The notes below the pieces were generated by a model. The model ran no database searches, was not told the origin of the DNA, and saw only the letters and a list, made by a program, of their open reading frames with translations. The position numbers were made by a program, and so were the translations under genes. Below, piece after piece: positions 13,305 through 25,545 of a stretch of DNA of 64,000 nt. Within the stretch, counting starts at the first letter, position 1; each line of letters opens with the position of its first letter. Location: contig CM059431.1 in assembly GCA_030390025.1 (NCBI GenBank), forward strand, positions 116,624,001 to 116,688,000, given 5' to 3'. The stretch comes from Squalus acanthias (Eukaryota).

Positions 13305-13921
13305 GGCTGGGATTCTCTTTGGGGATATGTTCTGGTGGGCCAGGACTTCTGCCCAGCCCTTCAAATCCTCTCCAACTTCACCTAATGCACAGTGGACTGC
13401 TGGCAGGATTTCTGCTGCTAAGGGGGAGTCCACCAGTGCTAAGAGGGGAATATCCATGGTTCTGCAGTGGGGATGCGGTGAGGGACCTTAAAGTGACAGA
13501 TGCATCCAAAAGATTGGAACTGCTGTCCTACTGAAGGCCCCAAATGAGACCGAGACTTTCAGCAGGAAGTGCTTGGGGTCAGGCTGGAGGCAGAGGTGTC
13601 TGCTAGAGAGGGACATCAAGGCCATTGCTGCCACTTCCCGGGGCTTACCTGCAGCTTCCCAATGGCAGCCCCCAAAAGCGTCACAGAGTGGGGTGGACAG
13701 GAGGAAAAATCCTCTGGGCACCCAGGCCCCGTTCCTATACTGCCATTTGTATGTCGTGGTTGGGGAAGGAATGACCAGTGGCAATCCCAGCAGGAACAGA
13801 GAAAGAAAATTCCTGGTCATGGAGGTGAGACAGTGGTAAACCTCACCCACCCGGGTTTTCCATCATCCTCCGCCGCGATTTCACTTGATTTTGGGCAGGA
13901 TCATGAAAGAGAATCCCAGAT
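13305..13921. mobile_element. Harbinger-type MITE
   Basis: TIRs CTGGGATTCTCTTT...AAAGAGAATCCCAG. Confidence 0.6.
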
Positions 13922-14099
13922 GAAGGCTTTTTCTGCTGACGTAATGGCCTGGATATTCTATCCCCCGCCTGCCTGAAAATTGGGCAGAAGTGGCAAACCT
14001 GACCAGAAACTGGCCTTGGATTGCCCTTACAGAATGTCCACCGCATATTCTGCTGGTTTAACATGACTTCCTGGCTTTTAATTCAATTTCTCTATAAAT

Positions 14100-14475
14100 A
14101 AATACCAGTGCTTTGTTTGCTTTTTTTTAATGGCCTTCCTAACCTACTTTTAGTGATTTGTTTATCTGAATCCCTAGATCCCTTTGCTACTCTACCCCAT
14201 TTAGACTCTTATTATCCAAGCAGTATGTGGACTTCTTATTCTTCCTACCAAAATGCACCACCTCACACTTATCTACATTGAAATTCATTTGCTAATTATA
14301 CGGCTATTCTGCAAGCTTATCAACGTCTTCTTGCATTTTGTTGCATTGTTCCTTTGCATTAATTACATCCACCCACCCCCCACCCCAAATTTGGTGTCAT
14401 CTGCAAATTTAGAAATTGTACTTTTGATTCCCGAGTCCAAATCATTCATGTAAATTGTGAACAACAGTGGTTACA
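14100..14475 (-). repeat. Old CR1 RT fragment
   Basis: Minus strand reads ISKFADDTK-like motif (aatttggtgtcatctgcaaatt). Confidence 0.65.
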
Positions 14476-14479
14476 ACAC

Positions 14480-15090
14480 CAATCCTAGCCATTGACTCCA
14501 TCCCTCTCCCTGGCAATTGTCTGAGGCTGAACCTGACCGTTCAAAACTTTGGTGTCATATTTGACACCAAGATGAACTTTCAACTATATACCCACTTCAT
14601 CACCAAGACTGCCTACTTCCACCTCTGTAACATTGCCCGACTCCGCCCTTGCCTCAACTCATCTGCTGCAGAAACCCTCATTCATGTCTTTGTTACCTCA
14701 AGGCTTGACTATTCCAATGCTGTCCTGGCCAGCCTCCCATCTTCCCCTCTACATAAACTTGAGCTGATCCAAGACTCTGCTGCCCATATCCTAACTGGCA
14801 CTAAGTCTGTTCACCCATCACCCCTGTGCTCGCTGACCTATATTGGCTCCCTTTCTGGCAACACCTCAATTTTAAAATTCTCATCCTTGTTTCAAATCAT
14901 TCCATGGCCTCGCCTCTCCCTATCTCTGTAACCTCCTCCAGCCTTACAAGCCTTTGCGATATCTGTGCTTCTCCAATTCTGGCCTCTTGCGCATCCCCAA
15001 TTTTAATCACTCCACCATTGGTGGCAGTGCCTTCAGCAGCTTACGCCCTAACCTCTGGAATTCTCTTCCTAAACGTCTCCGCCTCCCTAC
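14480..15090 (+). pseudogene. L2-type LINE ORF2 C-terminal fragment
   Basis: AYFHLCNIARLRPCL...LIHVFVTSRLDYSNAVL...GGSAFS...LWNSLP. Confidence 0.8.
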
Positions 15091-18000
15091 CTCTCGCTCC
15101 TGTGCCATGTGGGGATTCCAGGACGCTTCCCGTGTCATTGACAATCACATGTGCAGGAAGTGTCGTCAGCTGGAGGAGCTCGAGCTCCGGGTTTCGGAGC
15201 TTGAGCAGCAACTAGCATCACCGCGGTGCATCCGCGAGGCTGAGAGTTACGTGGATAGCACGTTTCAGGAGGTGGTCACCCCGCAGCTAACGAGCGTGCA
15301 AGCAGAGAGGGAATGGGTGACTGCCAGACAGAAAAGGAGGACCAAGCAGGTAGTTCAGGAGTCCCCTGAGTGCATCTCGCTCTCCAACCAGTATTCTGTT
15401 CTGAGTACTGGTGAGGGCGATGGTTCCTCTGGGGAGTACAGCCAGAGCCAAGTACGCGGCACCACGGGTGGCTCAGCTGTACAGGGGGGGAGGAACAAGA
15501 GTGGAAGAGCAATAGCGGTAGGGGATTCGATATGGGAGCAGACAGGCGTTTCTGCGGCCACAGACATGACTCCAGGATGGTATGTTGCCTCCCTGGTGCC
15601 AGGGTTAAGGATGTCACTGAGCAGCTGCAGAACATTCTGAGGCAGGAGGGTGAACAGCCGGAGGTTGTGGTCATATTGGTACCAACGACATAGGTAGAAA
15701 GAGGGATGAGGTCCTGCAGGCAGATTTTAGGGAGCTAGGAAAGAGATTAAACAGCAGGACATCAAAAGTAGTAATCTCCGGATTACTCCCGGCGCCACAC
15801 GCAAGTGAGTATAGAAATAGGAGGACAGAGCAGATGAATGCGTGCCTGGAGAGATGGTGCAAGAGGGAGGGCTTCAGATACCTGGGGCATTCAGACCAGT
15901 TCTGGGGGAGATGGGACCTGTACAGGCCAGACGGGTTGCACCTCAACAGGGCAGGAACCAATATCCTCGCGGCGAGGTTTGCTAGTGCTGTTGCGGAGGG
16001 TTTAAGCTAATTTGGCAGGGGGATGGCCACCAGGATGTAACATTAGAAAGGGGAAATAAAGTGTTCAAAGGATTGGGAGAGGCGGAGAACACAAAAGTAA
16101 GAAATAGAGATAGGTAAGGTCCAACTAAGAGAGAATACAGGATGGTCGAAGATGGGTTTACATTGTATGTATGTGAACGCACAAAGCATAGCAAACATGG
16201 TAAGTGAGCTGCAGGCACAAATAGCCACATGGGAATATGATGTTGTGGCAGTAACTGAGACCTGGCTCAAAAAAGGGCATGATTGGATATTAAATATTCC
16301 TGGTTATAAGGTGTTCAGGAAAGATAGGGAAGGAAAGATAGGAGGTGGTGTGGCAGTATTGGTTAAGGAGAATGTTACAGTGCTGGAGATGGAGGATGTC
16401 CTGGAGAGGTCAAGGACAGAATTTATATGATTCGAGTTAAGAAATAATAGAGGTGCCATTACACTACTAAGTGTATTCTATAGACCACCAAATAGTGGGA
16501 AAGATATGGAGGAGCAAATTTGCAGAGAAATTACAGAGAGGTGCAAGAACTATAGAGTAGTAATAATGGGGGACTTCAACTATCCTATAGAGACTGGGAT
16601 CGTAATAGTGTAAAGGGCAGTGAAGGGGAAGAATTTCTAAAGTGTGTTCAGGAGAACTTTCTTGATCAGTATGTTTCCGGCCCGACAAGGGAGGAGACAT
16701 TGCTGGATCTGGTTCTGGGGAATGAGATAGGTCAAGTGGAGCAAGTGTCAGTAGGTGAACCCTTAGGGAACAGTGATCATAATATCATAAGGTTTAGATT
16801 AGCTATGGAAAAGGACAGGGAGCAATCTAGAGTAAAAATGTTTAACTGGGGGAAGGCTAATTTCAATGGGATGAGAACAGATCTGGCCTGGGTAAACTGG
16901 AATCAAAGATTGGCAGGCAAAACTGTAGTGGAACAATGGGCTGCCTTTAAAGAGGAAATAGTTCAGGTACAGTCGAGGTACATTCCCACAAGGGAGAAAG
17001 GTAGGGCAACTAAAATCAGAGCTCCCTGAATGATGAGACAGATAGAGAATATGATGGAGAAGAAAAGAAGCGCGTATGACAGATGTCAGCTTGCAAATAT
17101 ATCCGAGAATCAGGCGATATATAGAAAGTTCAGAGGGGAAGTGAAAAAGGAAGAGGGGCAAAGAAAGAGTATGAGAATAGATTGGCAGCTAACATAAAAG
17201 GGAATCCAAAAGTCTTCTATAGGCATATAAATAGTAAACAGGTAGTAAGAGGAGGGGTGCGGCTGAATAGGGACCAAAATGGAGACCTACGCATGGAGGC
17301 AGAGGGCATGGCTGAGGTACTAAATGAATACTTTGCATCTGTCTTTACCAAGGAAGAAGATGCTGCCAAAGTCATAGTGAAAGAGGAGGTAGTTGAGATA
17401 CTGGATGGGATAAAAGTTGTTAAGGGGGAGGTACTAGAAAGGCTGGCTGTACTTAAAGTAGATACGTCACCAGGACCGGATGGGATGCATCCTAGAATGC
17501 AAAGGGAAGTAAAGGTGGAAATTGCAGAGGTAATGGCCATAATCTTCCAACCCTCCTTGGATATGGGGTAGGTGCCAGAGGACTGGAGAATTGCAAAGTT
17601 ACACCCTTGTTCAAAAAAAGGGTGTAAGGATAAGCCCAGCAACTACAGGTCAGTCAGTTTAACCTCGGTAGTGGGGAAGCTGTTAGAAATGATACTCCAG
17701 GACAATATTAACAGTCACTTGGACAAGTATGGATTAATTAAGGAAAGCCAGCACAGATTTGTTAAAGGTAAATCATGTTTAACTAACTCGATTGAGTTTT
17801 TTGATGAGGCAACAGAGAGGGTTGATGAGGGCAATGCGGTTGATTTGGTATACATGGACTTCCAAAAGGTGTTTGATAAAGTGCCACATAATAGGCTTGC
17901 CAGCAAAGTTGAAGCCCATGGAATAAAAGAGACAGTGGCAGCATAGATACAAAATTGGCTAAGTGACAGGAAACAGAGTGTAGTGGTGAATGGTTGTTTA

Positions 18001-18498
18001 TCGGACTGGAGGAAAGTATACAGTGGTGTTCCCCAGGGGTGGGTACTAGGACCACTGTTTTTCTTGATATATATTAATGACTTAGACTTGGGTGTACAGG
18101 GCACAATTTCAAAATTTGCAGATGACACAAAACTTGGAAGTATAGTGAACAATGAGGAGGAGAGTGATAGACTTCAAGAGGACATGGTGGAACGGGTGGA
18201 CACGTGGCAGATGAAATTTAACGCAGAAAAGTGCAAAGTGATACATTTTGGTAGGAAGAACGAGGTTAAGCAATATAAACTAAATGGTACAATTGTAAAG
18301 GGGGTGCATGAACAGAGAGACCTGGGGGTATATGCGCACAAATCATTGAAGATGGTAGGGCAGGTTGAGAAAGCGATTAAAAAGCATATGGGATCCTGGG
18401 CTTCATTACCAGATGCGGAGATGCCGGTGTTGGACTGGGGTGGACAAAATTGAGAGGTCGCACAACACCAGGTTATAGTCCAACAGTTTTATTTGAAA

Positions 18499-18540
18499 TC
18501 ACAAGCTTTCGGAGCTAACGCTCGCCCCTTCCTCAGGTGA
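18499..18540 (-). ncRNA. Minimal type I hammerhead ribozyme (second arm)
   Basis: Minus strand TCAC-CTGAGGA-A-GGGGC-gagcgtta-GCTCC-GAA-AGCT-T-GTGA. Confidence 0.7.
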
Positions 18541-18943
18541 AGTAAATTAGATACAGAATCGCCAAAGCATATATAATCGGGATCTTGGGTTTATGTCACG
18601 ATACATGACGTGATCCGGACTCGAGTCGTCGTTAGCTTGTTCACAGATGTGATTCCCAGTAAAAAAGTAAAAATTTTCCCAGTAAAAAAGTAAAAATTTT
18701 AAAGCTTTTCGTTTTACATACAGACGGCAGCTTTTGACACGTTAGAACCCCTGCGACTACACCTCATTGTCTCAGTTGTATCTTGCTATGTCTTTGATGT
18801 GGTACCTTCCTGGCTGACTTAATTAACTTTATCACACCTCGGCAGATAGTCAGGATGATTTAATTTAGTGGTCTGCAATTGTAAGGTACACATGCTTAGT
18901 TTTCTATCTATATATGCTTTGGCGATTCTGTATCTAATTTACT

Positions 18944-18985
18944 TCACCTGAGGAAGGAGCAATCGATAGCTCCGAAAGCTTGTGA
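18944..18985 (+). ncRNA. Minimal type I hammerhead ribozyme
   Basis: TCAC-CTGAGGA-A-GGAGC-aatcgata-GCTCC-GAA-AGCT-T-GTGA: conserved core, stem I TCAC/GTGA, stem II, palindromic stem III. Confidence 0.7.
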
Positions 18986-19320
18986 TTTCAAATAAAACTG
19001 TTGGACTATAACCTGGTGTTGTGCGACCTCTCAATTTCATTACCAGAGGCATAGAGTACAAAAGCAATGAAGTTATGATGCACCTTTATAAAACACTGCT
19101 TTGGCCTCAACTGGAGTATTGTGTCCAATTCTGGGCACCGCAGTTTAGGAAGGATGTGAAGGCCTTAGAGAGGGTGCAGAAAAGATTTACAAGAATGGTT
19201 CTAGGGATGAGGGACTTCAGTTACGTGGATAGACTGGAGAAGCTGGGGTTGTTCTCCTTAGAGCAGAGAAGGTTGAGAGGAGATTTCATAGTGGTGTTTA
19301 AAATTGTGAGAGGCCTGGAC

Positions 19321-20102
19321 GGTAAGACATGCGGAAATCGCCCCGTCCAACAGTTTCCAAAGTTCAGACCTGTCGAACAGACAACACAAAACCCAATGAA
19401 TCTGTGAAACTTCTTTCACTTAAACATCAGCAAGAGATTACAAGTAAGCATCCAACAGTTATGTAGCGTATAATAATTCCCAATTATACCTCAGCATACA
19501 CAGAGCTATCCCTTTACTTTAAGCTCAAGCAAAACATCACATGTGTACTAACACCAGAAGTGGTCAATCCGGCAGTGACTAGACGTATGATTTCTGGCAA
19601 CTAACCAGGTCGCCCGGCTGCAGCCCCGAGTGTCTTGAAACAGCATCTTTTATACCCCAAAATTTGGCTACCCTCCCACTGTATACGTGTTGTTTTACAT
19701 GTCCCTAACTATATGGATATAATCTTCATTAGTTGTTTTTTTCAGTTACTCTTATCAATAGTCCGTTGAGCATTCATGGGCCTTCAAGGTTGGTTTTCCA
19801 TGGTCTGAAGATGTTTCCATAATTCAATAGTCTGTTCCCACAGGACTCTCAATGCATGCCTTCCTTATCTTGGTAAAAGGCAGCTGGCAGCCTTTCACAG
19901 CTTACAACCGTAACAGTTCATTTAGCAGAAAGTCTCTGTTCCTGCCCAAGGTCTCCTTTATCTGTCAATAGTTTTCATACAAAAATTCTCACAGGAACCA
20001 ACCTCTCAGCTTCCCGAAGCATGCTGGTATATTAAAATGTGGCTAACTTTTTAAGTTTGGTCAAGTTACAGAAAAAGTTATAGCAAATTGTTTGTTCTTA
20101 GA
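19321..20102 (-). mobile_element. Solo LTR of the env-bearing element family
   Basis: Near-identical to 28429-29217; CR1 resumes exactly after it; flanks GGAC/AGAC (4-bp TSD, one mismatch); TATAAAA on minus near 19650. Confidence 0.85.
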
Positions 20103-20308
20103 AGACAGAGTAGATAGAGAGAAAGTGCTCCTATTGGCGGACGGGTCGAGAACCAGAGGACACAGATTTAAGGTGATTGGCAGAAGAACCAAAGGCGACA
20201 TGAGGGAAAACTTTTTTATGCAGCGAGTGGTTAGGATCTGGAATTCACTGCCTGAAAGGGTGGTGGAGGCAGATTCAATCATGGCTTTCAAAAGGAAATT
20301 GAATAAGT

Positions 20309-21376
20309 ACCTGACGAAAAAAAGTTTCAGGGCTACGGGGAAAGCGTGGGGGAGTGGGACTACCTGATGTGCACTTGCAGAGAACTGGCATGGGCTCGAC
20401 GGGCTGAATGGCCTCCTTCTGTGCTGTAACCATTCTATGATTCTATGAATACAGAAGATAATGGCATGTTGCTTATCCCATGTTGGATTTGATCAATTGT
20501 GAAGCCTGTTTAAGTCAGCTCTGGAGCCAAGCTATTACCATTTCTGTGTGCAGGCCATTTCATTATTTGAAAACTGCATTGCGATTGCAAATAATTGGAT
20601 CCATTCGCTGAATAATGACCCTAATTGCTATTTTTGCAACACCAGGAAATCCGTGTCATTATTTGAAGCCCATGTTGGAAGCTGGCAGCCTCAACCCACA
20701 CCAGATGACATGACACTGATTTATCCAGGTGTCAACTGACCTTTTATCACTTCAGTTGTTGATGCACCACCCCCGCCATTTATTTAATAGGTTACCAGCG
20801 GCATTATGATCGAAAAACCTAGACCTTACAATATATTACAAGGCACAGTTAGTTTGTATTATTTATCAGCTAGTTCAGTTGGTAACGATGCTGTCACTGG
20901 GCCAGAGTTGTAGGTTCAAGTCCTCCATCATGACTGCAATTCATAGTCGAGGCTGACACTCCAGTGCAGTATTGAAAGGATACTGAATAATTGGGGCTGC
21001 TTTCCTTCAGATGTGACTTTAAACCAAAAGCCTGCTTAATTGTTCAGGTGGATGTTAAAATCTGATGATATTATTTGAAGAAGAGCGGGGAGTTTGTCCA
21101 ATGTCCTGGCCTCCGCCAACAATACCTGAACAAATAGATTAACTGGTCACTCATGGAATTGACATTTGTCAGATGGTTCTGGCGCAGAACAGCTACGCAG
21201 TTTGCCTACATAACAACACCCACTGCACTTCACTAAGTAATTCAATGGCCGGAATTTTGTGGGGTCCGTGCGGGCGCGATTGGAGGTGGGTCAGGTGGGA
21301 AATTTGAAATAAATTGGAGCGGGTCAGGAACCCGCTGTCATCCTGCCACCACGCACCTGTCCCTCAGGCGTGTTTG
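20309..21376 (+). repeat. Direct duplication, copy 1 (CR1 tail, unique DNA, old SINE, Harbinger left end)
   Basis: Aligns by eye to 29398-31166; near-identical ORFs 20548-20739 and 29638-29829. Confidence 0.9.
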
Positions 21377-21482
21377 TAACATTTTAAGTTTGGTCAAGTT
21401 ACAGCAAAATTTATTGCAAATTGTGTGTTCTTAGAAGTCTACCCTCAAGTGGCTGTGCACCAGAATCAAGGCTCACAGGCAC

Positions 21483-24385
21483 TTACAACTTGTAGGCTTT
21501 GTCTTCTTCCTTTGGTGTCTTCTGCAACAGTTTAATCCACTCTTGCTGCTTGCGTCTCCTGTTGACTCAACAAGTTATCGTTAGTAAATATAGCACAAAC
21601 ACCAACTGAACAAGGACCAAAACGTGGGAAATAATTCTTTTCCATGGATGAACCTCAATACTCACACCAATATCCCACCAGGACTAATCGTCCCCGACCT
21701 TAAGGATTGCTTTACGCAGTTCACGATTTTTCTGGGCCAGGGTATATTAGTAATTTTGGGACTGACTAACGCGTTTCATTAACTCTACCAAATGTTCTGG
21801 CAGAGGTGGAATGTCATAGCCGAGCCGAGTCACATACTGGTGTAATTGCTCTTTTAACGCATCTTCTACAGCGATATCTACTTGCCTATGCGAATAAATG
21901 CTGAATAAAATCCGCGCCCCAAGTCTTACAGGCTGACTGGGGTAAAACAAAAAGTTCCCGCCACAATAGATATGTCAGGTTTTTACCGTACTGGTATTCC
22001 CAGTGCATAGTGGTGACACAATATTCACCCTCCCATCGGTACGCAGATCCTACGGGGAAATGCTGTCCTGCAATCATTTTCATGGTGCAGTTCCATTCTA
22101 TCCCATCCCAATCAAACCTGCATGCAGGGGCTGCACATTCTACCTTGTCATAAGGGCAGTTGAATGTGTCCTGCGTTTGAGCACACCCGATAAGATCTGG
22201 GCCACCCATGTGGTCCCATCCGCTCTGGTCACGTATTTTGGGGGTTCGTCATACCTTATTAAGTGATCTCTCTGATGTACTATATTCTTCATGCAGAATA
22301 GAGGATTTGGGGTCGCATTTTTGGTCAAAATGGGATAATACAATACCGTATCTAACAGGGTGAAGTTGTTTTTTTCCTGCAAATGGCATCCATGTTTCAC
22401 CGGGTACACCTGTACCAACCCCCTGACTTTACACATATTCATGGTAAATTGGTAAGTGAACATTGCCCTTAGATGTCGGTTAGTCATCACGAGGGAAGAA
22501 AAGAAAGAAAGACTTGCATTTATATAGCGCCTTTCACGACCACCGGACGTCTCAAAGCGATTTACAGTCAATTAAGTACTTTTGAAGTGGAGTCACTGTT
22601 GTAATGTGGGAAACGCGGCAGCCAATTTGCACACAGCAACGTGGTAATGACCAGATAATCTGTTTTTTTTAGTGATGTTGATTGAGGGATAAATATTGGC
22701 CAGGACACCGGGGATAACTCCCCCTGCTCTTCTTCGAAATAGTGCCATGGGATCTTTCATGTCCACCTGAGAGAGCAGACGGGACCTCGGTTTAGCGTCT
22801 CATCCGAAAGACGGCACCTCCGACAGTGCAGCACTCCCTCAGCGCTGCACTGGAGTGTCAGCCTAGCTTTATGTGCTCAGGTCACTGGAGTGGGATTTGA
22901 AACTACAACCTTCTGACTCAGAGGCGAGTGTGCTACCCACTGAGCCACAGCATGCAGCTGCCCTTCAGCAATGCTCTGCAGGCTTTCACGGGCTTGTTCC
23001 ACTAACCAAGATCCATACATTACACACACATGATTTTGCTCGGCCTCACTAGAGGCATTCCGATCCTCCTTTAAAATTTGATTTATCTTTTTAGCATGGG
23101 ATTCTAAATGTTTAACCACATCCTGCAGATGAATGGTTATAATTTGGTCCTCTTCCAATTCCTCCTGTTCTAGACCATTCATTTTATTCAAAATTTCCCT
23201 CAAACGATTTCTAACCGCCTTTACGGATTGATCCAAATTAGCCAAATCAAGGCTATTAACCAGGAAGGTTCTGGTATTAAAAACAGTGGCTGCATCATTT
23301 ATCAGACCCCGTCGCCTTCTGATATGGTTCCCTTTAATCCCGTAACCAACATCATTTTCTTCAATGATCTCGGTACTATTTTCCCCAAAGTTATCGTTAA
23401 ATCCATTACCATCCCCTGAGCCCTTGCGATATAACGGTTCTCATTCCGATTCTGCCAATGTTATGCTGGCTCTTTCCCCAAAATCCCTCTATTAACTCCT
23501 GCATCATCCTCCCATATAACCGCGCTGTCTCTAGTTTGCACCAGTTCGGTATTCCCACCTCAGTCTGATACAATATTACCGGCACCACCTTGTGATGCAC
23601 ATCATGGTACAATATTAATCCGAGTTGGGATCTCTACCAACCCATTTGTCGGTCCCGGGGTGTGTTTAGGGCAAGTGACCTGGGTTGTATGTTGTCCTTC
23701 CCGGGATTGTGTTTTATTTATAGGGGGAGGGGTTTTTGGTCAAACTTTTAAATCTACTGCATGTATAACCACACTTCCGTCACCATGATAGGTGCTAATA
23801 CCGGTATCGTTGTTATACCATTGATAGAGTTCCTTGGCCCTATGGTGGGCAAACATCGTACAATTGGTCACATCCCTTTCAATCATAGACAAGTCGTCCA
23901 AATCATCCGACTGGAACCTATCTGACACTCCACTTGGGCTTACACATCCGTAAATTCCCTCATGAATTTTCCACCATCGGGGCCAGCACAACAGTGTCTC
24001 CCGCTGCTCGGGATTGGGTCGGCTTCCTACATTCCCCCGAGGGTTCCCTATCTGACAATGCCTTGAATGGTTACCTGGTTCTGCTTGTAAAAACCATACC
24101 CATGGCCAGGTGGGGCGATCTTTGCATTTTATGCATACCCTCCCTACCTTCCTGGATCTCATAAGTGGTAACCCATACTGTTGCTGAACACGTGGTTTCA
24201 CAATCACCCTTGATGTACTGGAGGGTAATGTTTCGAGTGACGTTCCAGGGTGGTGTCTCCGGAGCAACTGCAATCGAACTATTATAGGGAAAATAGTTAG
24301 TGTTGGTCCAGTATGCCGAATAGGCTGACTTGGATTCTTCGATATAGAGCAGAATCCTGATCATTGACCAGAATAATTCCTTCAT
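21483..24385 (-). pseudogene. env: Envelope / class I fusion glycoprotein (frameshifted, SINE-interrupted)
   Basis: N-terminal hydrophobic start, N-glycosylation sequons, furin-type RRRR (23309-23320) followed by GLINDAATVF and a heptad repeat, Cys-rich region (21886-22490), second helix, TM IISHVLVLVQLVFVLYLLTIT (~21570-21635), basic tail. Confidence 0.75.
22496..22951 (-). mobile_element. Full-length tRNA-derived Deu-domain SINE (SacSINE1-like) inserted in env
   Basis: A box TGGCTCAGTGG, B-box-like GTTTCAAATCC, Deu-like body, (TTTC)n tail; env-like peptide continues on both sides. Confidence 0.85.
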
Positions 24386-24505
24386 TTTATACAGTTCAAC
24401 CTCTCAATACTGATGTATTTTTTAAAACAAAACAAAACGGGACTTGCTACTTTTTTTTTACTGTATCGGGCAATTTTCAACTCCTACCACTGATGTCTTT
24501 TTATT

Positions 24506-25545
24506 TCATTTACTACGTCGTGGGGTAGGAGGTGTCTGTTGGATTTGTCTGCGGACAGGAGGTGGTTCCGGGCCTGGGGATGAGGAGGTTTCTACAGCTC
24601 CCATGTCCTGTCCACCTTCATCTGGATCATACTGTACCTGTGGAGGCACCATTTCAGGCAAGGGCGCATCATTGGGTGGGGGTACCCCGCTAGGTACCCT
24701 TTCTTCATCATCCCACTGGAGAGGATAAATCTGGCTCACCATGCTCATAATTGTGGTTTGTCTTCTTGAACTGCTAGTGGGCTGAAAATGCCTCATCTGT
24801 TTAATATGAAACCATTTAATTTTCTTAGGTAACCGAATCGCATACACCATAGGACTGGCTTTATCAACAATGTTATATGGTCTCTTGTAAAGAGGTTCAA
24901 ACACTCCCACCCTCGCATAGTTTCGTACCATTACCTGGCTCCCCATCTCCCATTCCTGGGGTTTACTTGGAGCCAGGTGTAATCGGTTGTGTTGGTGAGC
25001 CTTCCCAATGTTGTGGGCGGCCCTCAGGTGTATCCCCTTCAAAGTTTCCCAGAGGTCGCTCAGGAATTTGTCCCGAGTCACCCCCTTAACCTGCTTGTCA
25101 GTTAACGTGGTGACCAACAGGTGTGTGGGGGTTTGGATGGGTCTCCCCGTTACCAATTCGTGTGGGGAATGACCCGTTCCTTTGGATCTGTTACTACGTA
25201 TCTCCACAAGGATTAGGGGAAGTACCTCATCCCACTTAGTGTGCTGTTCGTTTAATTCCTTTTGCAGGGCCAACTTCAACGTATGGTTCATTCTTTCCAC
25301 AATCCCCGATGATTGTGGGTTTTGGGTCACATGCCATTTCCCTTTTATTCCAAGCAATTTCAGAGTGGCTTGCATTACCTGACCTGTAAAATAATTTCCC
25401 TGGCCTGACTCTACCATGCAAGGAAGTCCCCATCTGGAGAATACCTCTCTAACTAGGGTCTTGGCTGTCCACAATGCTGTGGCCGACTTGCGCGGGAAAG
25501 CTTCTACCCACCTGGTAATCTTGTACCATCAACACTCATCTGGCC
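24506..25545 (-). pseudogene. Retroviral/Gypsy-type integrase (core + GPY/F), N-terminus lost
   Basis: VEAFP...VFSRWGLP..VESGQG(SDQG decayed)..PQSSGIVERMN..TGHSPHELVTGRP..FEPLYKRPY. Confidence 0.9.

Larger units (their letters stand above)
18414..19035. mobile_element. Non-autonomous Penelope-like insert with inverted pseudo-LTR arms
   Basis: 12-bp TSD TTCATTACCAGA (18402-18413, 19036-19047); inverted arms 18447-18575 / 18909-19037; hammerhead motif in each arm; no ORF. Confidence 0.8.
15091..20447 (+). mobile_element. Degenerate near-full-length CR1 LINE, interrupted at 18414-19035 and 19321-20102
   Basis: ORF1 (C..C zinc finger, GDS esterase) 15091-16010; ORF2 endonuclease (VTETWL, GDFN), RT (GVPQG, KFADDTK), C-terminus (TRGH, WNSLP); (ATTCTATG) tail; multiple stops/frameshifts. 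Confidence 0.92.

Noticed and set aside
18654..18700. Short direct repeat ttcccagtaaaaaagtaaaaatt as a CRISPR-like array
   Set aside because: Only two adjacent copies with no spacer, in eukaryotic DNA; simple tandem duplication
20548..20739. Small ORF conserved in two copies (also 29638-29829)
   Set aside because: Similarity is explained by the local duplication; GTG start, no recognisable domain
22880..22951. tRNA gene
   Set aside because: It is the tRNA-derived head of a SINE, continuous with SINE body and tail
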